Below, one piece after another: positions 19,319 through 29,500 of a DNA stretch of 64,000 bases. Below the pieces are notes generated by a model, which was not told the DNA's origin, did no database searches, and worked only from the letters and a program-made list of their open reading frames with translations. Each line of letters starts with the position of its first letter. Position 1 is the stretch's first letter. This stretch comes from a virus, in IMG/VR virus record IMGVR_UViG_3300031885_000006, positions 12,890-76,889 of that record; one strand, given 5' to 3'. The translations under genes and the position numbers were made by a program.

Positions 19319-19807
19319 ATGGAAAATCTCAATTTCAAACATTTTTTAGAGTCTGCTGAAAAAGAATTCAAGGATGACATCAAACAGACACTTAATAAAA
19401 TACCAGCCAGCCACAAAAAGCTAGTGCATGACTACAAATTTAAGTCAGAAGGTGGAAACACACTTAAAGGAGATCAAAAGCATGTGGGTGAAATTGACGA
19501 GAAAAAGAAGCACATAAAAGTCGCCGCACCCTACAATTACAGCAGAGAGACAACCATTTTACATGAGATAGCTCATGCAGTCTGGAAATTCGTTCTTACT
19601 CCAGATTTAAAAAAACAGTGGTCGCACCTTCTTAAAAAGACCAAAGACGAACACAAAGATAAAACTAACAAAGCTGCCAAAGACTCATTAGATCAAAATG
19701 ATGAGGAGATCTTTTGCATGTCATATGCGAACGCCTACACAAAACACAAAAACGCCACCTATAATCATGACGCATGGGATAACTTCATAAAAGCGTTGCC
19801 AAAATAA
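19319..19807 (+). CDS. HExxH zincin-like protein with capsid-targeting-like N-terminus
   Basis: LHEIAH...EEIF; N-terminus MENLNFKHFLE. Confidence 0.65.
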   Translation: MENLNFKHFLESAEKEFKDDIKQTLNKIPASHKKLVHDYKFKSEGGNTLKGDQKHVGEIDEKKKHIKVAAPYNYSRETTILHEIAHAVWKFVLTPDLKKQWSHLLKKTKDEHKDKTNKAAKDSLDQNDEEIFCMSYANAYTKHKNATYNHDAWDNFIKALPK

Positions 19808-19821
19808 ACCAAGGTATAATT

Positions 19822-20694
19822 ATGAATTTCAGTATGTGGCTAGAAAATGAAGCAGATGAATTAGAACATCAAGCAGCCGATTTTATTTTTTCCAAAATAA
19901 AACAAGCATGGCAGTTATCAATTCAAAATAAACAGCCAATTCGATCTATTATGCCGCAAATTTGGACCAACAATATGCGTGGTATCAAGTATTTCCTTCC
20001 TAACGATCAATTTCCGTCATTATCCCAAATAGCAATTCGATTTCCTCCTTCAACAGATGAATCAGACACAATCAGAATGCATGGACAAGTGGTTGAATTT
20101 AATTTTTCTTTAAAAAAATTAGACGATGCAAAAAATGAACAAGAATCACAACAGGCACTTAATTCAATTGGTGGAACAATACATCACGAAATCACTCATT
20201 TGCACCATAAAGGAGCAGATTTAGACTCCAGCGATACGAGTGGGGGCTCAGATGGACAAGCAGAAAGAGCCATTAAATATATGATGTCGCCGGGTGAACT
20301 ACAAGCACATGCGAAAGAATATGCTTTTGCGTGGAATCGACTATTCCCAAATCAAGCATTTAATCCACAACAATTTGTTCAACAAGTCATACCCCAAATC
20401 GCCAATAAAAACAAAGCAACAAATTATTTCGTGGCATTTGCAGACCCCATCAAACAAAACAAATGGAAAGCAAAAAATTTAGATTTGGCCTCTGCCTACG
20501 GCCAAATAGTCAAAACCACATCTAATTATGTGACCGCTTTCAATCAAAAATCTCAACCTCAACAATCTCCAATCGACATCGGTGCAAACAGCAATTGGCA
20601 ACAAAACCTAGCCAAGCTAAAATCAATGGGAGTAGACCCTGAACGAGAAAATTGGAGCCGAGGGGAGATAATTAGAGGCAGGAAAAATAAATAG
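19822..20694 (+). CDS. HExxH protein with capsid-targeting-like N-terminus
   Basis: HHEITH...Y..SPGELQA; N-terminus MNFSMWLENE. Confidence 0.65.
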   Translation: MNFSMWLENEADELEHQAADFIFSKIKQAWQLSIQNKQPIRSIMPQIWTNNMRGIKYFLPNDQFPSLSQIAIRFPPSTDESDTIRMHGQVVEFNFSLKKLDDAKNEQESQQALNSIGGTIHHEITHLHHKGADLDSSDTSGGSDGQAERAIKYMMSPGELQAHAKEYAFAWNRLFPNQAFNPQQFVQQVIPQIANKNKATNYFVAFADPIKQNKWKAKNLDLASAYGQIVKTTSNYVTAFNQKSQPQQSPIDIGANSNWQQNLAKLKSMGVDPERENWSRGEIIRGRKNK

Positions 20695-20700
20695 AGTTCC

Positions 20701-20728
20701 TTCACAATCCTAAAATCTGTGGTATAAT
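20701..20728 (+). promoter_or_regulatory. Promoter TTCACA-N16-TATAAT for the RNA ligase-map operon
   Basis: Both hexamers visible. Confidence 0.7.
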
Positions 20729-20772
20729 CAATGAGCATAAAAAAACTCGATTTGAATTTTAGGTTGTTTATA

Positions 20773-22113
20773 ATGAGCGAATACAATACCACTCAATCTC
20801 AAAAAGACAATATCCGCACGATCATTCAGAAGCTAATCGCTGATGATAAACGCTGGTTTATCGACAATCTCATTATTGTTGGCGATAAAGGTCCATATTG
20901 GATTTTGAATTACCAGCAGGGCGGTCGCAACGAATTCAACCAATTGGTTCGTGGTATGGTAGTAGCTAAACCGCCAGCAAACTTTCATGGCGACCTATTA
21001 TCGCTAATCAAATCCTTCCCATTCATCCGATTCTATAATCAGGGTGAAGGCGATGCTGCGCATGTTGACTTCTCCAATGCAGAAATGCTTGAGAAAATGG
21101 ACGGCACGATGGTTGGTGCGTTCTTCCCAACGGGAGATCCAACTAAGCCGGAATTCCACACTCGCAAAATGATGTCAACTCATGAGCCAGACGTGTCACG
21201 ACAAATGACTACGTTCCAGGGCAAAGACGCTAAGTTTTTACCAACCATTCGCCCTTATGTCGATCAATTGAAATTCACTCAGAAGGATGTGGACTACACA
21301 TACGTCTTTGAGTTCTTGCATGAGATTTCGTATGTTCTCACCAAATATCAGCCGCACCAGTATGGCTTGTATTTGTTGGGTGCCCGAAATATCAAAACTC
21401 ACCAAGAAATGAATGAAGATGAATTAGATCAAACCGCAAAACGACTTGGAGCAAACCGTCCTCGCCGTTTTGTATTGGGAAATAAAACTTCACAACCAGA
21501 TCCTATGTTCGGGGCAGAACGTAGTGGCGCTAAAATCGCAACGCATGCGGAAATTGAAAAAATGTTCCAAGATGCGGCGGCTGAAACTCCAGACTTTGAG
21601 GGCTTCGTTTTCCGAGATAAACAAAGCGGAAATCGAGTCAAAGTTAAAGATCCAAAATATGTAGAAAAACATCACTTGTTAGACAGCCTGTCTTACAAGC
21701 GGCTTATTCCTCTATTGCTTAAGGGAGAAGAAGAAGAGATAGTGGCTTACTTCCCTCAGGCAAAAGAGCGTATCGAGGAAATTAAAACTGCCTACAACAA
21801 ATATCTCAACAACGTTGTCGATACCGTCCAAGCATGGCAGCGGTCGGGTTTTGTAGGTAAAGAATTAGCTTTAAGAATTTTCGGACCAGAAAGTTCTGCT
21901 ATGGATAAATTCACCAAGAATATGTCCAAAAAATTTAATGACGTGCGAGATGTAGATGCGATTCGCAATGGCGTAGACGCACAACTTAAACAAATTGCTT
22001 TAGGCACCGGCAAAGATGGAGGTGGTGGTAGCCCAAAACGATTAATTGAGCTAATTGGATTGCATGACGATGAAGAAGAAGAAAATAACAACCCTAATGT
22101 AGGCGAACTATGA
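20773..22113 (+). CDS. T4 Rnl1-like RNA ligase
   Basis: RG, PF.RFYN.GE, motif I EKMDGT, FE, EGFVFRD and RVKVK..YV..H. Start 20773 preferred because the promoter ends at 20728. Confidence 0.8.
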   Translation: MSEYNTTQSQKDNIRTIIQKLIADDKRWFIDNLIIVGDKGPYWILNYQQGGRNEFNQLVRGMVVAKPPANFHGDLLSLIKSFPFIRFYNQGEGDAAHVDFSNAEMLEKMDGTMVGAFFPTGDPTKPEFHTRKMMSTHEPDVSRQMTTFQGKDAKFLPTIRPYVDQLKFTQKDVDYTYVFEFLHEISYVLTKYQPHQYGLYLLGARNIKTHQEMNEDELDQTAKRLGANRPRRFVLGNKTSQPDPMFGAERSGAKIATHAEIEKMFQDAAAETPDFEGFVFRDKQSGNRVKVKDPKYVEKHHLLDSLSYKRLIPLLLKGEEEEIVAYFPQAKERIEEIKTAYNKYLNNVVDTVQAWQRSGFVGKELALRIFGPESSAMDKFTKNMSKKFNDVRDVDAIRNGVDAQLKQIALGTGKDGGGGSPKRLIELIGLHDDEEEENNNPNVGEL

Positions 22114-22856
22114 TACGGATAAAAACAGCAGAACAAATTGAAGGCATTAGAAAAAGCAGCCAATTGGCCGCTCAAACCCTTGTGCATCTTGAACAATTTG
22201 CTCAACCGGGTGTTTCCACAGCCACAATTGATCAAGAAGCCGATACGTATATTCGTGATCATGGTGCCATTCCAGCATGCTTGGGATATCGTGGATTTCC
22301 AAAATCCATTTGCACATCTCTAAACGAGGTCATTTGTCATGGCATCCCTTCAGAATATATTCTGAAGGAGGGCGACATTCTCAATATCGATGTCACCACC
22401 ATTTTAGATGGTTATTTTGGAGATACCTGTAAAATGTATCCAATTGGAGCAATCACATCAAAAGCCCAAGGATTGCTAGAGACCACCAAGGAATGTCTTG
22501 AACTTGGAATTAAAGAGTGCAAACCAAACAATCTCTTCGGAAACATTGGCTTTGCTATCAACAAACATGCCACCAGTCTTGGCTTTTCTGTAGTTTATCA
22601 ATTCGTAGGTCATGGAGTTGGCCTAGAATTCCATGAAGAACCAAACATCAATCATGTCGCCAGAAGAAACACTGGTGAGGTTATGCGGGCAGGAATGATC
22701 TTTACCATTGAACCTATGATTTGTACAAAGGCTCCCGATGCCGTCATTCTAGAAGATGGATGGACCGCTGTAACTAAAGATGGCGGATTATCTGCACAAT
22801 ATGAACACACCATCTTGATTACAGATGATGGTCATGAAGTTCTTACATTATTGTAA
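22110..22856 (+). CDS. map: Methionine aminopeptidase type I
   Basis: CTSLNEVICHGIP, DILNIDVT, GDT, GHGVG..FHEEP, FTIEPM and SAQYEHT. Confidence 0.97.
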   Translation: MIRIKTAEQIEGIRKSSQLAAQTLVHLEQFAQPGVSTATIDQEADTYIRDHGAIPACLGYRGFPKSICTSLNEVICHGIPSEYILKEGDILNIDVTTILDGYFGDTCKMYPIGAITSKAQGLLETTKECLELGIKECKPNNLFGNIGFAINKHATSLGFSVVYQFVGHGVGLEFHEEPNINHVARRNTGEVMRAGMIFTIEPMICTKAPDAVILEDGWTAVTKDGGLSAQYEHTILITDDGHEVLTLL

Positions 22857-22858
22857 TT

Positions 22859-22981
22859 TTAATTCGGCCTTGCAATTGTAAAGGGAGGCACAAATGGACC
22901 CGGTGGTTTTATAATTTTAAATTGATCTAAAATCAAAACAACAGCTATACACAAAATAAATAAAACCAAAAACCCTTTCAT
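22859..22981 (-). CDS. Small membrane peptide (40 aa)
   Basis: Hand-translated MKGFLVLFILCIAVVLILDQF...; strong SD AGGAGG. Confidence 0.55.
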   Translation of the reverse strand: MKGFLVLFILCIAVVLILDQFKIIKPPGPFVPPFTIARPN

Positions 22982-22993
22982 ATTCCCTCCTGA

Positions 22994-23764
22994 TTACAAT
23001 ACATTTTTTACTGTTTCAGTTTGTATATCTCTTAGCAATTGTGGCAATGTGACCATTGCGGCTTCTGTAAGGCGTTCAAATTCATTGATATCCAAGCTGA
23101 AAATCTTATAATGATGTGCGATAGGATTTTTCATAACTTGTGGCTTATAGCCATGATGTTGAGCCTTTAAAGTGGTAATAAAAGACGGTCCAATCATTGG
23201 AAGTCTCTCAGGGAACGGACCACAATCCTCCCAACATTCTCTGGTGAACATAACCAGCCACTCTCTGATAAAGTCTACTTTCTTTTGCTGCAAAAAGTAG
23301 CTTTGCATTTCCAAGCCTACCAAGCCAGCTTTTTGTGATTCACAAATAGCCGTCAAAAGATCTAACCAGCTTGGATTTTCAATTACTACATCGCAATGCA
23401 TAAACACAAGATATTTAGAATTTTTATCCGCTGCTTCTGCCCCTTTATTGGCCGCTGCTGACCAATAGAGATTCTTTTCATTTCTAATTACTTTAACTTC
23501 GCCCTCAATATCATCAAGAAACTCTTGGCTTTCCTGATCCGATCCATTGTCAACAACGATTAATTCATAATTGTTATTGAAGCTTGTAACCGCAATCGAT
23601 TGCAAACAGATGTTTAAATGTGCCGGGCGATCTTTATGCACAATAATGATTGATACTTGCTCATCTGTGCCATCATGCAAATTAATATTTAATTCAGGGC
23701 GATCTCCCTCTAATGGGTTCCATGATTGATTGGGATTTGATCCATGCTTAATACTGTCGCTCAT
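22994..23764 (-). CDS. Glycosyltransferase family 2
   Basis: VSIIIV, ELIVVDNGS, N.GA and HCDV. Confidence 0.85.
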   Translation of the reverse strand: MSDSIKHGSNPNQSWNPLEGDRPELNINLHDGTDEQVSIIIVHKDRPAHLNICLQSIAVTSFNNNYELIVVDNGSDQESQEFLDDIEGEVKVIRNEKNLYWSAAANKGAEAADKNSKYLVFMHCDVVIENPSWLDLLTAICESQKAGLVGLEMQSYFLQQKKVDFIREWLVMFTRECWEDCGPFPERLPMIGPSFITTLKAQHHGYKPQVMKNPIAHHYKIFSLDINEFERLTEAAMVTLPQLLRDIQTETVKNVL

Positions 23765-24012
23765 ATTTCTCCTTTTTCTAATTCAACTTCGAAGACACCT
23801 AATTCGCAATGACATGACACCTCTCCATGTTCTGTTTTCAAGGTAACAGGCACTGCGTTTCCGTCTTTTGTATATTGTGCTTTTAAAACATATAGAAAAT
23901 CATTTGCTTTTTCCTCTGTTTCAAAAGCCCGCTGTGTTTGCACAAACACCCATTCTCCATGAATTTGTCTGGCAACTGACATGACCACAAAAATTTTCAT
24001 TATTTGTTCCAA
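23761..24012 (-). CDS. Hypothetical protein
   Basis: ORF within the operon; the true start may be ATG 24000. Confidence 0.6.
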   Translation of the reverse strand: MEQIMKIFVVMSVARQIHGEWVFVQTQRAFETEEKANDFLYVLKAQYTKDGNAVPVTLKTEHGEVSCHCELGVFEVELEKGEI

Positions 24013-24473
24013 TCAAAAAAGTAAACTGGCTCCAACCATATTTGGGCAACACTTTCTTGATGAGAAATAACCAAGGGTGTTTCTTGTCCAATATTGGTAA
24101 GCATTAATTTCAATCTATCATCTTCAATAAAAGCATGTGTAATTAACAATCCTCGATTAGCCCAGGCTTTTTTAGCCTCTGCTTTAACTTTAAATCCAGC
24201 AGGCACCTTAATGGTAAATCCGCAATCTAAAACTTGAACTGTTCTGTGATTCAATCTTACTGCTTGAACGCCTTGATGATTCAAAGCAGGAACCACCACT
24301 CGAACATCTGCTACATTTGTTTCTTTGTAAACAGGGATAAAAATACTCTCTTCTGAACTTATCTCTGTGGCAATAGAAAATAGATTAGGAGCAGTATATT
24401 TCTCGCAAATGGATTTCTTGACTGCCGTGCTGACTTTGCCCTTGGGCTTAACTTTAGGTTTTGTAGTTGCCAT
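24000..24473 (-). CDS. Degenerate trimeric dUTPase-like protein
   Basis: Fold-like pattern AD, G..I.VPAG, LKLMLTN.G, VAQ; the catalytic RSG and GxID motifs are missing. Confidence 0.55.
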   Translation of the reverse strand: MATTKPKVKPKGKVSTAVKKSICEKYTAPNLFSIATEISSEESIFIPVYKETNVADVRVVVPALNHQGVQAVRLNHRTVQVLDCGFTIKVPAGFKVKAEAKKAWANRGLLITHAFIEDDRLKLMLTNIGQETPLVISHQESVAQIWLEPVYFFDWNK

Positions 24474-24712
24474 TATTCTTCTTCTTTCTTTGGCTTACTG
24501 ATACGTTCTATATGTCGTTGAATATCTTTGAAAAACCCTTCATACGTATTAACTGGCATTCTTGTTATGGCTTTGATTAATTTTTCTTCCATGTCGGCTG
24601 TGTAGCCTTTTTGCTTAATCAAATTAATTGCTTTAACAAGTGTTAATTTTGGTCTAGAATTCAAAGAATTAGCTCCTGGTACATTGACTTTAAAATTGAA
24701 GCTTTCGGGCAT
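24473..24712 (-). CDS. Hypothetical protein
   Basis: 79-aa coupled ORF. Confidence 0.6.
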   Translation of the reverse strand: MPESFNFKVNVPGANSLNSRPKLTLVKAINLIKQKGYTADMEEKLIKAITRMPVNTYEGFFKDIQRHIERISKPKKEEE

Positions 24713-25076
24713 CGGGTTTCCCTTCTTCTGCTGTTTTTTTGGCTTGCATTACACTATCCAGAGCATCTAACGGCACTGTTGTATTCTGAGTATTTGACTT
24801 CTTTTTATTTAATATTTCCAGTATTGCACTGCCCATTTTGGTGTCATTGATGTTACAAAATTTTTGATCGTATACTATACTTTCGTAAAAATCCAAATAA
24901 ACTAACGATGTGCCTGTTTCGCCGGTGGTTGCCAGCCATTTTGTGGCCATTGGCTGCAAATTAGACATCCTAATAATAGTATATTCTGCACCTGATGATT
25001 TGTGTTCTTCTAAACCATCCATAGATAATTTAATATTTGCTTCGTGTTTAAAGTGTGCTTTTTCTTCCATATTCAT
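24690..25076 (-). CDS. Hypothetical protein
   Basis: 128-aa ORF. Confidence 0.6.
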   Translation of the reverse strand: MNMEEKAHFKHEANIKLSMDGLEEHKSSGAEYTIIRMSNLQPMATKWLATTGETGTSLVYLDFYESIVYDQKFCNINDTKMGSAILEILNKKKSNTQNTTVPLDALDSVMQAKKTAEEGKPDARKLQF

Positions 25077-25111
25077 CCTAAATACTTATGCCTTTTTAAT
25101 AGAGTGAGCAA

Positions 25112-25525
25112 ATGTTAAACTTTAAAGAATTTTTAAAAATAGAAGAACAAAATACAGTCGGCACGCACAACGATGGACCGGGCGTGGCTTATTTGCCAAG
25201 CGAATTCACCGGCTCTGCGGCTCCAGACAAAACGCTAGATGCTAGAAACTTATCTAGCCTAGAAGGCAAATCTCACATATCTAATCTAGATGCTGTTTTG
25301 CCTGCGGTGACCAAAAAAGGTCAAATCAGATTGATAGAAAGGAATAAAAATCCAATTTTCATCCTTTTATCCGATGGCACCCAACTTTATCTAAGCTGGG
25401 ATGAATTCAAAAGAATTCATGGACAAACACCAGAAGTTGGCAAACATTTAACAGTCGTCTTTCAAAGACATCTTGCCGATCAATCAAAAACACCATCAAA
25501 AATCAACAGTATTTTATGTCACTAA
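25112..25525 (+). CDS. Hypothetical protein with capsid-targeting-like N-terminus
   Basis: MLNFKEFLKIEE; CTAAATA upstream. Confidence 0.65.
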   Translation: MLNFKEFLKIEEQNTVGTHNDGPGVAYLPSEFTGSAAPDKTLDARNLSSLEGKSHISNLDAVLPAVTKKGQIRLIERNKNPIFILLSDGTQLYLSWDEFKRIHGQTPEVGKHLTVVFQRHLADQSKTPSKINSILCH

Positions 25526-25797
25526 TTAAAATCCCACACACTGTTAAAATCAGATGGTGTAACATAATTGCTACGAGATGGTGGTGGAGCCTGTTGATTC
25601 TTAAAGAAATTAGGATCGACTTTATCAGGATCAAATCCTGGGTTGTATGGACCGGGCGAATATTCCCTGCGCATTTCTTTGATTACTTTTTCAGTAACTT
25701 TATCAACCACCAATTTACCACCGATAGTGCATATTCCCAAGACTACGGCAAAAACTAAAATGGCTGTCACGGCGTTTTTATTCAGATTTATGTTCAT
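25522..25797 (-). CDS. Small membrane protein
   Basis: One TM helix and a Pro-rich tail. Confidence 0.6.
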   Translation of the reverse strand: MNINLNKNAVTAILVFAVVLGICTIGGKLVVDKVTEKVIKEMRREYSPGPYNPGFDPDKVDPNFFKNQQAPPPSRSNYVTPSDFNSVWDFN

Positions 25798-26836
25798 ATG
25801 ATTCCCCTGAATATATATTCAAGAGATTATTGAATTCCAAAATCTCTTTAGTTGGATATTTCTCCTCCAACTCTGCCAATTCTTGCAATTTAACAACATA
25901 TTCTTCTGAAAGGTCGGTCGGAGTTTGGGCGACCAATAAAACAATTAGATCTCCCGTATGTCCTTGTTCATCCACAATGCCCTTACCACGCAATTTCAAT
26001 TGGGCACCATTTGATGTTCCGGCAGGGACTTTAGCAACAAACTGTTCTTTCAAAGCAGGCACTGTAATATCGCCACCCAATGCCAATTTAGAATAAGAAA
26101 CTGGGATTTTGCAGTGTAAATTCAACCCGTGTCTTTGAAATATAACATGAGGCCGCACATGGATAGTAACATACAAATCGCCCCGACGACCAGATCTATC
26201 ATAGTCGCCTTTATGTCTTAACCGTAACGTTGCTCCGGTATCGACTCCAGCCGGAATTCTAATCGACACATCTTCATCAGGAAGGGGCTTAAAACCTTCA
26301 TTGCATTCACTGCATTTATCAGTATTAATTTTTCCATTGCCGTTACAAACATTACAAGGCGTTTGAAAAAAAGAATGACCAGAGCTTACTACTCTTACAC
26401 CTTTGCCGCCACACTCATTGCATGTAGTCGATTGCATCCAGCCGACAGCATTGCATGTTTGGCACAATTCTTTAGCAATTGCCTGAATATCTTTATTGCA
26501 ACCTTTAGCGGCCTCAATAAAATCCAACTCAATGTGCATTTGCATATCGAGTTGGATTTCACGTCGTCGTTGAGGACCAACAGAACCGCCAAAAATTTGA
26601 GCAAAAAAGTCCATTGGGTTTCCCTGATGCTGATACGGATTATCGTATCTAGCCCTTTTTTCAGGATCGCCCAAATGCTCATAGGCTTCACTTACTGCTT
26701 TGAAACTCTCAACCGCTTCTGGGTTGTTGGGATTCAAATCAGGATGAAACTGTCTGGCTAGTTTTCTATAAGCCACAGAAATATCATCGGCATTAGCATC
26801 TTTGCTAAGCCCTAATATTTTATAATAATCTTTCAA
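25778..26836 (-). CDS. dnaJ: Chaperone DnaJ
   Basis: DYYKILG, HPD, CxxCxGxG-type repeats and the C-terminal domain. Confidence 0.93.
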   Translation of the reverse strand: MKDYYKILGLSKDANADDISVAYRKLARQFHPDLNPNNPEAVESFKAVSEAYEHLGDPEKRARYDNPYQHQGNPMDFFAQIFGGSVGPQRRREIQLDMQMHIELDFIEAAKGCNKDIQAIAKELCQTCNAVGWMQSTTCNECGGKGVRVVSSGHSFFQTPCNVCNGNGKINTDKCSECNEGFKPLPDEDVSIRIPAGVDTGATLRLRHKGDYDRSGRRGDLYVTIHVRPHVIFQRHGLNLHCKIPVSYSKLALGGDITVPALKEQFVAKVPAGTSNGAQLKLRGKGIVDEQGHTGDLIVLLVAQTPTDLSEEYVVKLQELAELEEKYPTKEILEFNNLLNIYSGESYEHKSE

Positions 26837-26838
26837 AA

Positions 26839-27180
26839 TTAACCTTCAACCAAAACTGCCTTGATCATATCTGCGTAAATTAGATTTTTTTGTCTAACAT
26901 CATCATCTAAACCAACGGCAGGCACAAAGGAACCTTGCAGATATACACGGTCACCCACTTTAATGCCGTATTCTTTACTCACTTGAGGTCCAAGTGCCAA
27001 AACATACGCTTGGTTTGAATCTTCATCTGCCGTGGATAACAAAACCGAAGAAGGATTGATTTCCGAAGCTTTCAATCTCTCTACCAAGACTTGATTTCCC
27101 ACTGGAACGATTTGTTTGATCTTAGGAGCGGCAACTGTTATTGAATTGCCCGTCATATCTACAATTTTATTCTTAGCCAT
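26839..27180 (-). CDS. groES: Co-chaperonin GroES-like
   Basis: IVPVGNQVLV, VLALGP, IKVGDRV and IKAVL. Confidence 0.75.
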   Translation of the reverse strand: MAKNKIVDMTGNSITVAAPKIKQIVPVGNQVLVERLKASEINPSSVLLSTADEDSNQAYVLALGPQVSKEYGIKVGDRVYLQGSFVPAVGLDDDVRQKNLIYADMIKAVLVEG

Positions 27181-27190
27181 AAAAACCTTT

Positions 27191-27529
27191 CTAAATACTA
27201 TTGCTATTAACTATTCTTACATATCCATTTGCATCGAGCATTGTATATGGAGGAGACGTATCAAATGTAATTGTTGTACTTGGCATTGGCGACATCATTG
27301 TGTAGCCGCCAGAGGTATAAAAGTCAGAGGTATAAGTACCAGCAGAGATGCTTACGCCTCTGGCCGAGGGTTGAACATACTCTTTCTCTTCCTTGACTTT
27401 TTCCTCCATCGCCTCTTCAACTAATTTTTCTATAAATTCTTCTTTCAAATCTTTGTAACCATACATGCCTTCATCGAAGGCCGAACTTAATAGAGCAATT
27501 AACTTTTGTTTATCAATAAAAATATTCAT
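27191..27529 (-). CDS. Hypothetical protein
   Basis: Likely start MNIFIDK immediately after the iscA stop. Confidence 0.55.
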   Translation of the reverse strand: MNIFIDKQKLIALLSSAFDEGMYGYKDLKEEFIEKLVEEAMEEKVKEEKEYVQPSARGVSISAGTYTSDFYTSGGYTMMSPMPSTTITFDTSPPYTMLDANGYVRIVNSNSI

Positions 27530-27530
27530 T

Positions 27531-27851
27531 TTATTCTGCACTAAAACTTTTGCCGCAGCCACAACTTTTAGTGGATTTAGGGTTAGAAAACTTAAAGCCA
27601 CGATTTGCTAATGTTTCCACCCAATCTACGGTCACATCTTCTAAGTGTACCACAGATTTATTGTCAATTGCAACTGATATTTCTCCAAATTCTAAAATAG
27701 TATCTTCTTCTGTTATTGAAGACTTATTTTCAATAGCCATATCATATTTAAAGCCACTACAGCCACCTGCAACAACCTTGATTCTAAGCACCTCATCTTC
27801 AGATTTGCACTTTTTCAATTCATTAAAAGCAGCAGTTGTTATCGTAAGCAT
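27531..27851 (-). CDS. iscA: HesB/IscA family Fe-S cluster assembly protein
   Basis: GGCSGFKY, F.NP and SCGCGKSF. Confidence 0.92.
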   Translation of the reverse strand: MLTITTAAFNELKKCKSEDEVLRIKVVAGGCSGFKYDMAIENKSSITEEDTILEFGEISVAIDNKSVVHLEDVTVDWVETLANRGFKFSNPKSTKSCGCGKSFSAE

Positions 27852-27856
27852 AATTA

Positions 27857-28972
27857 TTACTCCCAAAAACTAATAAAGTAAACCTTGCCATCTTTTTCAC
27901 CTAACAAAATTGGGTGAATGCATTTTTCTTCGATTAACATAGTATCTAAATTGAATTTAGTTGAATTTTTCGTCTTGTTTGGCCAAGTAATTGCAATTCC
28001 AGGCACAACAGCAATAAATTGATCAAAAATTGGCTTGAAATTAGCCTCTGGCATCGCCTCTAGATGGACGATGATTCTTCCAATGTTTTCTGAATGAGTT
28101 ATAGTATGTGCAGGATAGGTCATCGGTTGATAGAAATAATCTGCCGCTCTAGTAGGCTCAAAATTAATGCCCGTAAAATTGCTACCCGGCATAGTGATTG
28201 TGCTTGTTATGCCATTAAATACACAATTATGCATTTTGGACAAAATAATTGCCGCATTTGCTATCGATATTCTTTGAAAACCATAATATCGATCTTCAAA
28301 TGATTCAAATTCTTTTAACGAATCCAAAATCTCACTACACATCGATTCTAATCGCAGTTGTTTATAAACTTCTGCTCGTTGTTTAATTTTATCAACTTGG
28401 CACTGATGATAGTTATCAAAACGACTGTAAGCTTCTAAATCTTCAACGCTATCCCAAATAACAGATGCTTTTTTGAGAGATAATGGCAAATCAATTTGTC
28501 TGGCTATTTTTGATGCTCGGAGTCTAGTGCGATCCGATTCTTCTTGGAAAAGTCTAATATATTGCTGTTGATTTTTCAGAAAATTAAAAGACCACTTCAA
28601 ATCTTTAAAAACAGCCTTAGCAATACACTTAGAAAAATTAGGCAAAATTTGATCTAATTCTTTCTCTTCCGCCAATGAGACTAATTCTAAGAATTGTATT
28701 AGTTTGTTGGATGCAGTGGCATCTAACATGAAATTAGAAAAAAAAGCGCCTGATTTAATTTCAGGATGATCGAAATCTACATCTTGAGCAACTTCATACA
28801 ATCTAGAACCAAAGTCGGCCAATGCTAAATCGCAAGTGTGACGACCAGCTTCTAGAATTTTTTTGAAAATATTGGGATATGATTCCGTTGTTTCTGAGGT
28901 TTCGGCTATTTCAAAAATTTTAGGCAATAGACGATTTTGTATATCAGAAAATTTAGACATTGCATTTATCAT
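27857..28972 (-). CDS. Hypothetical protein
   Basis: 371-aa ORF. Confidence 0.65.
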   Translation of the reverse strand: MINAMSKFSDIQNRLLPKIFEIAETSETTESYPNIFKKILEAGRHTCDLALADFGSRLYEVAQDVDFDHPEIKSGAFFSNFMLDATASNKLIQFLELVSLAEEKELDQILPNFSKCIAKAVFKDLKWSFNFLKNQQQYIRLFQEESDRTRLRASKIARQIDLPLSLKKASVIWDSVEDLEAYSRFDNYHQCQVDKIKQRAEVYKQLRLESMCSEILDSLKEFESFEDRYYGFQRISIANAAIILSKMHNCVFNGITSTITMPGSNFTGINFEPTRAADYFYQPMTYPAHTITHSENIGRIIVHLEAMPEANFKPIFDQFIAVVPGIAITWPNKTKNSTKFNLDTMLIEEKCIHPILLGEKDGKVYFISFWE

Positions 28973-29499
28973 TTTGATTTAGGTTCGATGATACAATTAA
29001 GAGCATTACCGTCTAATCTAGGCTTGGCCTGAGGTGCCCCGACTTCTTCTAGTTCTTTAACGATTCTTTCAACAACCTTAAAGCCTAGTTCTTTATGTGC
29101 ATTCTCTCGTTTTTCATATTTCAATCGAAAAAATACACGACAACCTTTTTCCAAAAATTTTCTGGCGGCGTTGATCTTAACGACTAAATCATGTTCGCTA
29201 ATCCCTGGGCTTAATCGAAGCTCTTTTTCCTGAAAAGATTTTTGTTTCTTCTTTTGAGCCTTTTCTTTTACCCCTTGTTCGTATTTGAATTTGCCATAAT
29301 CCATAATACGACAAACTGGGGGCTTGGATGTAGGTGATATTTCAACTAAATCCAAGCCAGCTTCTCGGGCTATTTTGCGAGCTTCTTCTGATGTAAAGAC
29401 ACCCAAATTCTGGGAGTCTTGAAGCAGCATTACGGTAGGACACCGTATTTGTTCATTGATTCTATTACGTGGCTGACTATTAAACTTATTATTTGACAT
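28969..29499 (-). CDS. infC: Translation initiation factor IF-3
   Basis: INEQIR, GLDLVEISP..KPPVCRIMDYGKFKYE, KELRL and HDL.VK. Confidence 0.95.
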   Translation of the reverse strand: MSNNKFNSQPRNRINEQIRCPTVMLLQDSQNLGVFTSEEARKIAREAGLDLVEISPTSKPPVCRIMDYGKFKYEQGVKEKAQKKKQKSFQEKELRLSPGISEHDLVVKINAARKFLEKGCRVFFRLKYEKRENAHKELGFKVVERIVKELEEVGAPQAKPRLDGNALNCIIEPKSK

Positions 29500-29500
29500 T

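Noticed and set aside
19066-19359. 97-aa plus-strand ORF
   Set aside because: GTG start without SD, no motifs, overlaps the next gene and is antisense to a structured RNA with its own promoter.
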